The notes under the pieces were generated by a model. It saw only the letters and a program-made list of their open reading frames with translations, did not search any database and was not told the origin of the DNA. 64,000 nucleotides of DNA from Promethearchaeati archaeon SRVP18_Atabeyarchaeia-1 (GTDB lineage Archaea; Asgardarchaeota; Atabeyarchaeia; Atabeyarchaeales; Atabeyarchaeaceae): positions 1,664,001 through 1,728,000 of the forward strand of contig CP147779.1 in the NCBI GenBank assembly GCA_037308085.1, in the 5' to 3' direction. The translations under genes and the position numbers were made by a program. Positions 35,301-46,510 of this stretch are shown here, one piece after another. Positions within the stretch are counted from its first letter, which is position 1. Each line of letters starts with the position of its first letter.

Positions 35301-37565
35301 ATGTCAACAAAAAAGCCAAGGACTTTTGCAGGAATCATTGGTCAACTCAAGAAGTCGCGTGCCCGCGACGTTGTCAATGTCTACGTCGAGAAAGAACAGC
35401 TGCCCTCGTATGGATGTTCGGTCGGAGCCCTCGGGCTCTCCGAGTCCGTGATTGGCGCCTTAGAGCGGAGTGGGGTTTCGCGGTTCTTTGCCTTCCAAGA
35501 GAAAGCAATAGGGAGGATCAGGCAAGGCGACAACGTCCTTGTAGTCGCTGGAACCAGTATGGGAAAGACCGAGAGCTACCTCACGCCCGCCCTTGAATAT
35601 GCCACAAGGAATCTCTCAAGATGCATAGCCCTCATAATTTACCCGACCAAGGCACTGGCAGCCGATCAGGCTGAGAGGATATCCAAGTTGACCCAAGTCA
35701 TCTTCGGGGTTTCCTTCGCCAAGTATGATGGAGACACAACTGAGAGTGAACGGAGAAGGATAATGGCTAATCCCCCATCCATACTGATATCTAACCCTGA
35801 TATGCTTCACTTCCACCTACAAGACCCGTGGCTTCAGGAACTCCTCTCGTACCTCAAGTACGTTATCGTAGATGAAGTTCACAATTACTCAGGCGTATTC
35901 GGCAGCCACGTTCACCACATAATCCAGAGGCTGAAAAGGTTCGTGAGAGAGGATTGCCAGTTTGTAGCTTCCTCGGCAACCATCGGAAACCCAAAAGAAT
36001 TCGCCGAACTACTTTTCGCAGAGGAGTTTTCCCTAGTGACGTCGGATAAGGACTGGAGGGGGAAGCGCTCACATGTCATGATTGCTCCCCTACGCAGCAA
36101 ATACACGGAGGCAGTATACCTCGCTGAAATGCTTGTCCAAAGCGGACTCAAGACTATTATTTTCGCTGACAGCCACTTGAGCTCCGAACTCGTGAAGAGC
36201 ATCGCCGATGAGAGAAATCTGAACATGGGAATCCACCGGTCAGGTCTACTCAAAGAGCACCGGAGATCAGTCGAAAGCGCATTCAAGGAAGGTCAAATCA
36301 AGACGGTAGTAGCGACTCCTACACTTGAGCAAGGAATAGACATCGGCGATCTTGACGCTGTAGTACTGATAAAGATCCCACCGACTTTTAGCCGATACAT
36401 CCAAAAGGTTGGGCGCGCCGGAAGGAAGGGCAGGGAGTCAGGAGTATTCCTAGTAATCGGTGACGACCCAATCTCCAACTACTATGCTACCCACCCTGAC
36501 GAGTTCTATCATTCTACGCCAGAGCCAGCATACATCGACCCAGAGAACCCCGAAGTCCTGAAAAGGCAGATCGTGAGCATGGCGTATGACCAGCCCCTAG
36601 CAGACCGGGAAATAGATGAGATTGCCGAGAAGATCAAATCGGTCGGCACAGTAGTTGCCGGCCTACTGGAGGAAGGCTACCTACAGAGAATGAAAAACAT
36701 ACTAACACCTACGAGAAAAGGAGTGGCGCTTCACCAGTCTACGAAACTGAGGGGAACAGGAGAAGCCACAAGAATCTACACAATGGACAACAAATACATC
36801 GGTGACCGCTCTTTGCCAATGGCCGCCAGGGAGCTACACCCAGAGGCAATCTATCTGCATGGAGGAACCCAATACAGAGTCATGAGCTTTGAAGGTCGCA
36901 GAGCAATAGTGGACAGGATGCCATTCAGGAGCAGACAATTCACAGTAGCGCGCTACTATTCAGACATCAAGGAATATGAGACGAAGATGGAAAGGAGAGC
37001 CTTCAACGTACAGATAGAATATGGCGCCGGGACGATCTCGCACGTAGTAGACGGCTACTATGAGAAAGATAGACTGACAGAGAAAACCCTCGCCGAAAAC
37101 AATCTAGAAGAACCAATCATTTACGATTTCCCAACCAAGATCATCAACTTCAAATTGCCTCTCAAAATTACTTGGTCTCCCGAACAGAAGGGAAGCGCAT
37201 CACATGCTGCAGAACACATTCTGATATCTGCCGCTGTAACGTTGACAGGCGCGGACCAGGCCGAGATGGGTGGAATATCATACCCCGACGGCTCAATCGC
37301 AATCTACGACGGCGCATACGGAGGCTCAGGCTTAACTCGTCTCCTGTTTGATCGAATGGAAAGAGCGTTTGAAAGAGGAGCTGAAATGCTCGCGACATGC
37401 AAATGTGGACGGGAAGACGGGTGCCCCAAGTGCACATACTCCCCCTACTGTGGCAACAACAATAAGCATCTCTCGAAGAATGGCGCATTGACAGCTCTGA
37501 GAAAAGTACTGGGAGGCAAAGGAACGGAAGTGGAGAAAAAACCAACTGGAAAGTCAATAGTATAA
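35301..37565 (+). CDS. SF2 DEAD/DEAH helicase with DUF1998 (Hrq1/YprA/SftH family)
   Basis: GTSMGKT, YPTKAL, DEVH, SATIGNP, GIDIG, GRAGR; C-terminal C.C..GCPKC. Confidence 0.93.
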   Translation: MSTKKPRTFAGIIGQLKKSRARDVVNVYVEKEQLPSYGCSVGALGLSESVIGALERSGVSRFFAFQEKAIGRIRQGDNVLVVAGTSMGKTESYLTPALEYATRNLSRCIALIIYPTKALAADQAERISKLTQVIFGVSFAKYDGDTTESERRRIMANPPSILISNPDMLHFHLQDPWLQELLSYLKYVIVDEVHNYSGVFGSHVHHIIQRLKRFVREDCQFVASSATIGNPKEFAELLFAEEFSLVTSDKDWRGKRSHVMIAPLRSKYTEAVYLAEMLVQSGLKTIIFADSHLSSELVKSIADERNLNMGIHRSGLLKEHRRSVESAFKEGQIKTVVATPTLEQGIDIGDLDAVVLIKIPPTFSRYIQKVGRAGRKGRESGVFLVIGDDPISNYYATHPDEFYHSTPEPAYIDPENPEVLKRQIVSMAYDQPLADREIDEIAEKIKSVGTVVAGLLEEGYLQRMKNILTPTRKGVALHQSTKLRGTGEATRIYTMDNKYIGDRSLPMAARELHPEAIYLHGGTQYRVMSFEGRRAIVDRMPFRSRQFTVARYYSDIKEYETKMERRAFNVQIEYGAGTISHVVDGYYEKDRLTEKTLAENNLEEPIIYDFPTKIINFKLPLKITWSPEQKGSASHAAEHILISAAVTLTGADQAEMGGISYPDGSIAIYDGAYGGSGLTRLLFDRMERAFERGAEMLATCKCGREDGCPKCTYSPYCGNNNKHLSKNGALTALRKVLGGKGTEVEKKPTGKSIV

Positions 37566-37634
37566 GATCACTTACGCCTCTCTTAGTAACGAAGTTCATA
37601 ATTCCCTTCTCTTCTACTGATCTTCTGAAGACAA

Positions 37635-38627
37635 GTGCATAGTGCTCACAACGGAAGGTTGGTTGCGAATGAACCGCGAACAGATTGTGACAAACTCTTA
37701 AATCCCACCACTCGGCGTATTCTGAAACATAGAAGGAGGAGAGAAGTCTTAATCCACAGTGTTGCAGGTGGGCTTCTGCCTGAGCGAAGAGCCTCCAATG
37801 GGTTCCTCGAGATTGATGACTGCAATATCAATCTCTCGGACTCGATAGCGATCCGAATCAGCTCCGACACTAGACCACACAACTTAATGTTGGCAGGTCT
37901 ACAGAAGGGATTAAGAATTGTTTATAAGGGCAGGGAAATAGTCGGAGAGGGGATAGGATTCGGGGTTCCTATTCTATTGTACTCAGACGATACATACTTT
38001 TCTGGCACATCCAAACTCTACCTGGATGACAGAAAGGACGTTCATGTCATTCGCAAGGAATTCCTTTTCGACAGAGTCCAGAGAAAGGTGATGCATGGAA
38101 TCAAAATGCAGAACGCGAAACTTCGACAATTATGGAGGTACCTAGACCGACTCTATCAGAATCATCGAAGCCTTCAACCTGTTTCCTCGGCTGATGTCCT
38201 AGGGAAACTTGGTGTTCACCTTCAATTTTCGGAGACCGATGCAGCTGGAAAGGTCATTGCGGCCTACTCGGTAAGTCACGATCGGATAAGAGCGAAGATG
38301 GACTTCTTTCCCACAAGAGAATCTAATCTCAAAGGTGTATTTGTGCTGAACGAACAAGGGTCAGAATTTTTTAGGAGATATTCGGACTCCAATGGGACGG
38401 AACTTGTGGACAAAGAAATCGGCGCTTGGGGAATAGTTGAAGCCGAATCAGCACGCGTAACTGATCTCCGGGGTAGAGTCGGTTTCCAGTTAGCGAGAAG
38501 TAGAGGCAGCGTATTGCATCGAGGCCGCGAGTACACGAGCGGCTTAGCAGATTGGGTGGGGCTGGACTACGAGATAGACCCGGCGAAGCGCACCTTTGAG
38601 TATGAGATCCAGGTTTTGGGAGCGTGA
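37635..38627 (+). CDS. Hypothetical protein directly upstream of the radical SAM gene; real start probably later
   Basis: Long ORF (GLQKGL, GEGIGFGVP, LNEQGS, W.GLDYE) whose stop abuts the next ATG. Confidence 0.65.
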   Translation: MHSAHNGRLVANEPRTDCDKLLNPTTRRILKHRRRREVLIHSVAGGLLPERRASNGFLEIDDCNINLSDSIAIRISSDTRPHNLMLAGLQKGLRIVYKGREIVGEGIGFGVPILLYSDDTYFSGTSKLYLDDRKDVHVIRKEFLFDRVQRKVMHGIKMQNAKLRQLWRYLDRLYQNHRSLQPVSSADVLGKLGVHLQFSETDAAGKVIAAYSVSHDRIRAKMDFFPTRESNLKGVFVLNEQGSEFFRRYSDSNGTELVDKEIGAWGIVEAESARVTDLRGRVGFQLARSRGSVLHRGREYTSGLADWVGLDYEIDPAKRTFEYEIQVLGA

Positions 38628-39998
38628 ATGAGCAGAATGGGTGCAGATGTGGCATTGCTGTATCCGTACTTCCGTCCTCCCAGAGACAGCTCACCGTTCA
38701 GATTCCCTCCACTAGGTCTGGGCTACATAGCAGCATACTTGAAGAAGCATAACTTCTCAGTGAGCTTGGTAGACTGCACCTTCGCGACTCAGGGCGAAGC
38801 GCTCAAGAGAGTCCGGGACTCGCACCCTAGAATCATTGGCATCTATTCAATGTATTCGATGAAGGAAAAGGCCATGGAGATGGCGGACCTACTCAGAGGA
38901 GACTGCGAATTACTGATCACTGGTGGTCCACTGCCTAGTGTAAACCCCAAGGAATTTCTTGGTCATTTTGACGTTGTTGTTATTGGAGAGGGGGAGCAGA
39001 CAACGCTTGAGCTGGTCAAGCAATTCGACCGCAGTGGCGACCTGTCACGTGTAAGAGGAATAATGCACAAGAAGAATGGCAGAGTGAACTGCACTGGATC
39101 GCGCCCCTTCATTCAAGACTTAGATAGCATACCTTTTCCGTCGAGAGAGTTGTTTGACAATGATAGCTACAAGGCCCACTATTCTAAGATATTCGGATAC
39201 ACCATGACGTCATTGATGTCATCTAGAGGCTGCCCTTTCAACTGCGACTTCTGTAGCAGACCGATCTTCGGGAACACGCTCAGAGCGAGGTCAGCGACCA
39301 ACGTCGTGGACGAGATAGAACAGGTGAAGGAACTCGGCTATCAGAGAATATGGTTCGCCGATGACTGCTTCACGCTAAACCATAAGCGACTCCTGGAAAT
39401 ATGTCATGAGATGATTCAACGAGGAATAAAAGTAGAATGGGAATGCCTATCAAGAGTCGACACTGTGAACAAGAAGACGGCAGACATGATGAAATTAGCA
39501 GGATGCAGACGCGTTTTCTTTGGGATTGAATCTGGTAACGACCGGGTATTATCTCTAATGAAGAAGCAGATAACGACTGAGAAGGCCAAGAAAGCCGTGA
39601 AGGAGACGAAACAGTCTGGTATAGAAGTGGGGGCATTCTTCATCGTTGGATATCCAGGAGAGACAAGTGAAACCATCCTAGACACCGTGAACTTTGCATC
39701 TGAGCTCCCCTTGGACTACCTATCCTTTACGATGCCTTACGCAATCCCTGGAACATCTCTCTATGATAGAGTGAGAGATCGATTGATCTCCGATGAATGG
39801 GAGGAGCCAAGGAGTCGGTACCTAGTCAAACACAAACTTCTGATTTGCTCTCCTTTTTCGGAGGGGAAACTTAAAGTCGCGATCTTGAAGGGCATGATCC
39901 AATTCGAGCTGAGGAAGTACTTGGGGAACCGCGCCTACAAATTGATAGGAGTGCCATTGGAGAAAATCATGAATTATGTATACAAAGCGCTTCGCTGA
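38628..39998 (+). CDS. Cobalamin-binding radical SAM protein
   Basis: PPLGLGYIAA, GGP, GEGE, SRGCPFNCDFC, FADDCF, GIESG, GYPGET. Confidence 0.93.
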   Translation: MSRMGADVALLYPYFRPPRDSSPFRFPPLGLGYIAAYLKKHNFSVSLVDCTFATQGEALKRVRDSHPRIIGIYSMYSMKEKAMEMADLLRGDCELLITGGPLPSVNPKEFLGHFDVVVIGEGEQTTLELVKQFDRSGDLSRVRGIMHKKNGRVNCTGSRPFIQDLDSIPFPSRELFDNDSYKAHYSKIFGYTMTSLMSSRGCPFNCDFCSRPIFGNTLRARSATNVVDEIEQVKELGYQRIWFADDCFTLNHKRLLEICHEMIQRGIKVEWECLSRVDTVNKKTADMMKLAGCRRVFFGIESGNDRVLSLMKKQITTEKAKKAVKETKQSGIEVGAFFIVGYPGETSETILDTVNFASELPLDYLSFTMPYAIPGTSLYDRVRDRLISDEWEEPRSRYLVKHKLLICSPFSEGKLKVAILKGMIQFELRKYLGNRAYKLIGVPLEKIMNYVYKALR

Positions 39999-40142
39999 TT
40001 GCCGTAAGTGTGCTCGAATGTTCGAAGTCTCTGGACTAGTTACACTAGTCGGATCACTCTTTTCCCCGCAAGCCTAAAATAACTCATACAACCCATGTGC
40101 AACCACAATAGAAGAGGGGAAATATAGAGAGAGATTACTGAG

Positions 40143-43100
40143 GTGTCTTATTTGAGGAAGAGGATAGTTTCGATACTAGCGGTTGTCATGATTCTGAGTT
40201 TCATGGCTTTCGTACCTACGACTAGCGCTCAAAGCTCGACAAGTGCAGCAATTCCCACTGTTGACAAAACGGCGCCGTCCAGCGCTGGGTCCTCGATTAA
40301 CGTTGTAAAATCGGGACTCGACAAGTTGGCGCCTAACCTTCTATCTGAGATCCAGGCAAACCCAAGTGGCGAATACCGTGTGGAAGTCGTCTTAAAAGAC
40401 GGCGCTAACAAGGCTTCCGCGCTGGGGTGCATCTCAAGCCTAGGTGGGCTGATCAACGGGCAACACAGCATAATAAACTCCATTTCCGCCACGCTTACGG
40501 GAGACAAGATATCAGCAGTAGCTTCACTAGCTGATGTAGACAAGATCCTCGTAGACGGGAAGAAATACCTGGTTCCAGTTCCACAATCCGACGACAGCGG
40601 GGCTGCCATTCAGAGCTTTATGAATACATATCCAGACTGGTATTCACAGTTCCCCTTCTGGGTGGGCGCGGATAAAGCATGGCAAATGGGAATCAACGGT
40701 GAAGGAGTCATAGTGGCCGATCTAGATACTGGAATCTTCATTGAACACCCTGACTTGGCTGGAGTCGTTATCGACTACAAAGTATTCACAGGCGAAGTGG
40801 ACGCGTTCCCGCACGACGGCAATGGGCACGGAACAGCGACCACAAGCTGTGTGGCCGCACAGGGAAACGTTGAGTGGGATCTAGGCGTACCAGATGTGTA
40901 CTTTAAGGTGCAGGGTGTCGCTCCGGGCGTCAAAGTAATCGGAGGAAAGGTGCTCACCGATGCAGGTTGGGGATGGGATTCATGGATAATCGACGGAATC
41001 GAATGGGCAGTCCAAAGAGGAGCAAACATAATAACTATGAGCCTTGGAGGGTTGGAAGTCCCTAACAACGGATATGACCCCACGGCTCTGGCATTGGATG
41101 CTGCAACGAAACTCGGTGTCACCTGCTTTGTCGCTGCGGGCAATGAACAGGGTCTGGACACAGTCGGTTCGCCAGGTGTCGCCAAGGACGTCATAACCGT
41201 CGGTGCTTCAACAGAGAACTCTTTCATCTACTATTGGCTTGGCTACTGGCCAACACTGCCCGCAAGTGGCTACGAAAATGACCAAGTTATCTTCTGGAGC
41301 AGCGGAGGAGCAACAGCAGACGGCAGATTAGATCCAGACATTTGCGCAGTCGGCGCGTGGGGTCTTACACTGGACTCCTATCCAAACTATCTGTGGCTAC
41401 AGTTCGGGGGAACAAGCATGGCCACTCCGGTCGCCGCTGGAGTAGGTGCTCTGGTTCTTCAAGCATACAAACAGGCTCACGGTGCCTTTCCGTCTCCAGC
41501 CATGGTGAGAGACATCCTAATGAATACTGCAAAGGACCTTGGCTACCCGGCTAACCGCCAAGGAGCTGGGCGCGTAGATGCCGAAAAAGCAGTTCTCGCA
41601 GCCATGAGCCAATACCCGTACTCCAACAGAGACGAGGTAAACACGGGAATACTTTCATCTGGGAAGTGCTACACCACGACGTCGGTTTTCACAGACAGCA
41701 TCAGTTGTGCATACGCAACCACACTTCAGATGTTTGACTCGCTAAGCTTCAGCAATCTGGTGATACCTCGCGGATATACGTACCTGTCTTTCCAGATCCC
41801 GTCGGGAACCGACTACGCTGACGTACGAGTGAAATCCGCTCCGGAGTATGCATATGGTACCTCGGTTCATACGTATGACGGCAGTACATGGACGGACGCG
41901 CATCTCAACACGGCACTATACCGGAACGATAGCGGCAACTTGATTCTGATAGACTACGCCTATGCCCACACAAACGTTCAGTGGTTGGACGCTAGAGTTA
42001 GTCCTGGAGACTATGTCCTCCTGATATGGAACCAATACAAGGTGACCGTCAGCCCGGTCGATGTGGAGGCGAACTTCTATAAGTTTGTCAACTGGGACTG
42101 GGTATCGACATCTAGTAGGGGCAACTGCCTGTTCACCACTATTTCGGTTCCAACTGCTTCGGCTCCGGGTACCTATAGTGGCTTCGTGAAGGTGACTTCT
42201 AGTGGAGCGCAGATCGACATTCCAATTGTGGTGACTGTTCCGGCGAAGCTTGGGCAAACATTCTCAGTTCAAGCCAACGTTGTCAACGAACCAAGAACAG
42301 GCTCATCAGGGGACTGGTTCTACATACCAGTGCAAGCTTTTACCATCGGTACCTTGACTTTGACGGCTAGCTGGACTAGTTCGGATGCGGACTTCGACGC
42401 CTACCTAGTCAACCCAGCAGGTGCAGTCAAAGCCATGTCAGTAGCTCCGCTTGTTCCAGTGGTGCTTTCTGGCGGTGGTGGGCAATACTGGTACACGACG
42501 ACAGGCTCAACTATGGAGGTACTATCAGCATTCAGTCTGCTTCCAGGATACTGGTACATCGGAATACACGCCATATACTTCGGCAACAACTTTGACCAGG
42601 AGGTCACTGTAAAACTAGACCAGGGTAGTCCTATTGTAGCACCAAGCTATCTCAATTTGAAGGCGGGAACGAGCAAGACTTTCACAATATCCAACAAGAT
42701 CGCTGGAGCAATAAATGTCCAAACCATGGCTCTATCATTCCAAACGGAGCGCTTTTCACAGCAGTTAACCAGCACGGTAGCCTCATTTGGCGATACAGGC
42801 ATCGGCTACGATGGTTGGATAATACCAGTGACGCCAGACATTACTACACTGGCAGTGAGCATCAACTGGGTAGGAAGCCACGGACTGACCCTAATCCTCT
42901 GGGATCCAGCTGGTCGCAACGCTGGACTAACAGCTACAAGCGGACAGACACTGACCATCAACAATCCAGCTATCGGCTGGTGGACCGCCATCATAACAAT
43001 CAATGACGCCGGAAGCCAGTACTACACCCTGAACGTCGGAGGAACACACTTCAAACCCTTAGAAGGAGTCACTGTTCAGCCTGCGGCATTCACGTTGGCA

Positions 43101-43247
43101 GCAAAAGGAAACCAAGCTCTGACCATAACCGTCGCGCCGAAAGTAAGAGGGATGGGTCAATTGATCTGCTACGACTTCACGTCTGGAAGCATATATTCCA
43201 TAACCCTGCTGACAATCACTTCAACCTGCGGTTGGACAAACTGCTAG
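40143..43247 (+). CDS. Secreted subtilisin-like S8 serine protease with C-terminal beta-rich (PPC-like) domains
   Basis: Signal peptide; triad DLDTG / HGT / GGTSMATP; AAGNE. Confidence 0.93.
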   Translation: MSYLRKRIVSILAVVMILSFMAFVPTTSAQSSTSAAIPTVDKTAPSSAGSSINVVKSGLDKLAPNLLSEIQANPSGEYRVEVVLKDGANKASALGCISSLGGLINGQHSIINSISATLTGDKISAVASLADVDKILVDGKKYLVPVPQSDDSGAAIQSFMNTYPDWYSQFPFWVGADKAWQMGINGEGVIVADLDTGIFIEHPDLAGVVIDYKVFTGEVDAFPHDGNGHGTATTSCVAAQGNVEWDLGVPDVYFKVQGVAPGVKVIGGKVLTDAGWGWDSWIIDGIEWAVQRGANIITMSLGGLEVPNNGYDPTALALDAATKLGVTCFVAAGNEQGLDTVGSPGVAKDVITVGASTENSFIYYWLGYWPTLPASGYENDQVIFWSSGGATADGRLDPDICAVGAWGLTLDSYPNYLWLQFGGTSMATPVAAGVGALVLQAYKQAHGAFPSPAMVRDILMNTAKDLGYPANRQGAGRVDAEKAVLAAMSQYPYSNRDEVNTGILSSGKCYTTTSVFTDSISCAYATTLQMFDSLSFSNLVIPRGYTYLSFQIPSGTDYADVRVKSAPEYAYGTSVHTYDGSTWTDAHLNTALYRNDSGNLILIDYAYAHTNVQWLDARVSPGDYVLLIWNQYKVTVSPVDVEANFYKFVNWDWVSTSSRGNCLFTTISVPTASAPGTYSGFVKVTSSGAQIDIPIVVTVPAKLGQTFSVQANVVNEPRTGSSGDWFYIPVQAFTIGTLTLTASWTSSDADFDAYLVNPAGAVKAMSVAPLVPVVLSGGGGQYWYTTTGSTMEVLSAFSLLPGYWYIGIHAIYFGNNFDQEVTVKLDQGSPIVAPSYLNLKAGTSKTFTISNKIAGAINVQTMALSFQTERFSQQLTSTVASFGDTGIGYDGWIIPVTPDITTLAVSINWVGSHGLTLILWDPAGRNAGLTATSGQTLTINNPAIGWWTAIITINDAGSQYYTLNVGGTHFKPLEGVTVQPAAFTLAAKGNQALTITVAPKVRGMGQLICYDFTSGSIYSITLLTITSTCGWTNC

Positions 43248-43489
43248 ACTTACGGTCAAGAACCCCACTTTCCCCTTTTTTTTGACGGGCTCGGTTCAGA
43301 CATTCGTCTTCTTGTGGTAGTCCGATGCGAACCCCCATCGCGATTGGTGTACCGAAAATGTGTCACTGTCGAAGCTCGTGGAGCTAGTTATTCACAATGT
43401 CCGCTGCGAGCCTCAACATCGCCCTCAGGGCGGCCCAAACAGAAGGCATGTCAAGCACCTACAAGAAGGGCCAGTTTCCTTAGGGGAGC

Positions 43490-43590
43490 GCCTCCGTCAG
43501 TGGGCGCGTTTGGCAAGGTGAAGGGTTTGAAAAGTCGCACCAAACAACCCGGAGTTGCAAGCCCAGAAGCTTCAGCAGTGGGTAACTGAC
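43490..43590 (+). repeat. 101-bp dispersed repeat ending in an IS200/IS605-type end hairpin, copy A
   Basis: 85/101 identical to 47378-47478 by manual alignment; ends GCAAGCCCAGAAGCTTCAGCAGTGGGTAACTGAC. Confidence 0.75.
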
Positions 43591-44300
43591 TGGATCATAA
43601 AAACCCTAGTTACACAGTGCGGTTTACTGAACTCCAAAACAGTGTGATCCCACTCACAACTCGTGGCAGTCTTGAGAAACTGACATACGAATACGGAACT
43701 GCCACATGAAATCCTGCCATCTGGACGTTGCAGCAAGGTCTGCTCTGCAGATGATTGGCAACCCTCCACGTAGGGGCAGCCCCCGTGAACAATATCCACG
43801 CTCCCATCTTCGTTCTTTTTATATCCAAACTCAAGGGGGGCGACCTTCATGTCGACAGCAAGTTTGCGAAGCTTAGACATGACCTTATCAACGTCAAACC
43901 CCAATGTTCTTAGATCGCCGTCCGATTCCATTACCCCCTTGGCAAAACCCCTCTTGCTCACCTGATATCCAGCCCCTAAGGACCCTTCAAGCTTTTTTTC
44001 AGTCACATACTGAGCCCAAAAAGCTATGTAGTAGGGAGGCGCTGTTAACCTATCTGATTTTGAGAGTAGATACTCAGTCAGCTGACTTAGAGTCTGGATA
44101 TTCTGCGGAGCTTCTTCTTTCGTCTGGTTGGCTACAGCCCGTACGGCGTATTTGATGACGTTTGTGGTGAAAACGGGACCATAGAGTCTTTCCACGTCCG
44201 TTGCTCCTCTCATAACCAATTCTAAGATCGCTTTTGGGTCGGCTTTTTCATACGGAGCTTTTTCAAACATCTTGAAACCATCAATATTGATAATTGACAA
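43572..44300 (-). CDS. Hypothetical protein with V4R/methanogen-output-like Cys-rich C-terminal domain
   Basis: GCPY..GC...CG...C...C...C pattern; the C-terminal codons lie inside repeat A. Confidence 0.55.
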   Translation of the reverse strand: MSIINIDGFKMFEKAPYEKADPKAILELVMRGATDVERLYGPVFTTNVIKYAVRAVANQTKEEAPQNIQTLSQLTEYLLSKSDRLTAPPYYIAFWAQYVTEKKLEGSLGAGYQVSKRGFAKGVMESDGDLRTLGFDVDKVMSKLRKLAVDMKVAPLEFGYKKNEDGSVDIVHGGCPYVEGCQSSAEQTLLQRPDGRISCGSSVFVCQFLKTATSCEWDHTVLEFSKPHCVTRVFMIQSVTHC

Positions 44301-44708
44301 TTCTCGATGCCTCCTGTGGAAATCCTAATGCATACTACTCCAGTTTTCAGGCAAGTAACGATGAGAGGACTTGCTCAGGGTGGCTCGAATTGAGAAGATA
44401 CTTGCCACACATCATCTTGCTGACACAAAATATAACTCTTTTTGATTTCCTGCGAGGTTCGCAGGTTGTCCTTAATGATTCTGTAAAACCGTCCGACGCT
44501 TAGTGCAACAGTAAGCGGCTTGTAGTCGCGACCCTTCTGGACTATGCCAGCGCGCGCTGCTTCCTTCTCCATAGATGTGTTAAATACTTTTCCACCCGGG
44601 AACTTCCCAACGCAATGGACGCGAACTGTGTCACCAGACTTCTGTTTCGGACATCGCGATTCCCCTCAGATTTTCTGTTTGATAACTACGGTCGCTTGTC
44701 ACTATCTT

Positions 44709-45021
44709 GGTCGTTAGATAGTTAGTGGGGTTTCCATCTACGTAGACATAGGTAGGTGTGCGCCAGCGTATCTTTCATACGGCATTTAGATCCGGGGCTT
44801 CACCGCATCATGTTGATGCCTCACTAGTTCATCGACACCCTTCCGCTCCACTCCCGTCGGGACGTGCCCACCCACAGCAGCGAGAGACGGTAGACTATTC
44901 GGTCCCACCGCGCATTGTTCTGTGGAACGTCGACCATCCTCAGGTAAAGGTTGATGGCTTCATTGAGATGCCTATCCACCCGCAGACCACCGTCACCACA
45001 CTCGAAGATCGTGTTCCTGCT
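44709..45021 (-). pseudogene. tnpB 3' remnant (zinc ribbon/RuvC-III plus tail)
   Basis: Translates to TIFECGDGGLRVDRHLNEAINLYLRM, a degenerate C.CG..DR..NAA.N motif; no upstream RuvC-I/II. Confidence 0.7.
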
Positions 45022-45299
45022 TGGCTCTTCAACTACAACTCTCGACTCAGCAGGTATCACCGTCTCTATCGCGAGGAAGCCCACGCCCTTTAGGGGCGCC
45101 TCCGTCAGTAAGGTAAACAATAAGGTTACTTCGCAAGTAGGCGCATTGAAGGTACAGTCATCTAGCATGTATCAGTTAGAGCGTGATAGCGGCATGCTAA
45201 ACAAGTGTAGCCATATCACCATAACCACGCTCTACCTTAAAAATAGAAAAGGAATTGATCCCCTTAGTTCCGGTTCGATCCTTTGCTGGCTTCTTTCAA

Positions 45300-45930
45300 T
45301 CTCTCTTTGAGTGCCGACAGCTCTTTTCGTACCGATTTCTCCTCCTCTTTCACTATGATTTTGTTAATGCTTTCGCCTCACTTGTCCTCAAGATCCTTTT
45401 TCTTTGGAAGCCTCCTCTTTCTCAACCTACTTCTTTTGCTTCTGTTTTTCAAGCTCAGCTATTTCTCTGTCGTACCTAGCGCTTTCACCTTGCGACCTCG
45501 CTTGAGTTCTCTTTCTCCTTAGGGCCTTGATCTTTTCCTCAATCTCAGCCAATTTAGGTCCAGGTGCTTCTTTCTTGATTCCCTCTTTACCTTCTGGCAA
45601 ATCTATACACCTCCACTCTGTCAATCCAAGTTAGCGATGATCTCTGACCGCATTTTCTCCGGTCATCCCAAGCCCTCCATTCACTTGATCATTGGTCTTC
45701 TCGATCAGGTCCACGACCTTCTGCTATTCGCCGATTTGCTTATTAGCTTCTTCCTTGTCCGCCACGGCGTAGACCCTCCGCCACGATGCCAACATAAGCT
45801 ATGTCATATAGTATTCTTAGATCTTCCATTTCCAGAAGAACCAGAAAAATCGATCCGAAACTTATGCATGAGTGGGAGATCATGACGAACGCCTTTGCAT
45901 TGTCAGCACACTCCAACTCTGCGGTCACCT
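45300..45930 (-). pseudogene. Possible frameshifted remnant of a coiled-coil protein gene
   Basis: Short protein-like fragments in successive frames (EMEDLRILYDIAY; VADKEEANKQ; LAEIEEKIKALRR) broken by stops. Confidence 0.35.
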
Positions 45931-46510
45931 AGAACGATCGTATCAAATCAAAAAAGGAGAAATGGGAATTCAGTTATTCCCGCCTACATCTGGAAGCCGG
46001 TTCTACTGCCGCCTCACTTCGTCAAAGCAGTCTTCAGCTCCTCATGCTCCTCAGCATGATCACTAACTTAACCCCTAGTGTCATAGTCTAAAGAGAATTC
46101 TACGCGACGCTAGCATGAAAATTGAAGTACCATAGACCCAAGATCAAGGAAATATGCGAAGACTGGAGAAACAATTCAAGACACAACTCAACCTAACCTC
46201 GGCAACCCTAAGGAATGAAGTTACTAATAGCCAGACACCGTGAACGATACACGAAAAACTATGCAAGGAGAGGCAACGAAAAGCCTCATATCATGCACCT
46301 CAACAAGCTCCTAAAGCGTAGTGCCTCCGTCAGAATGTACTAGGAATTGCTTACTTTTCAGTGGGCGGTCCTATGTAATCCCAACAACTGGCCAGCCAGG
46401 AAGCCCTAAATACCCGACTTCCGGAAGATGACCCGACCGAAAGATACCAATACCCGAGGGTATCTGACTCCAATCCCCTCACAACCACAGATTGGAGAAG
46501 GGATAAGTAT

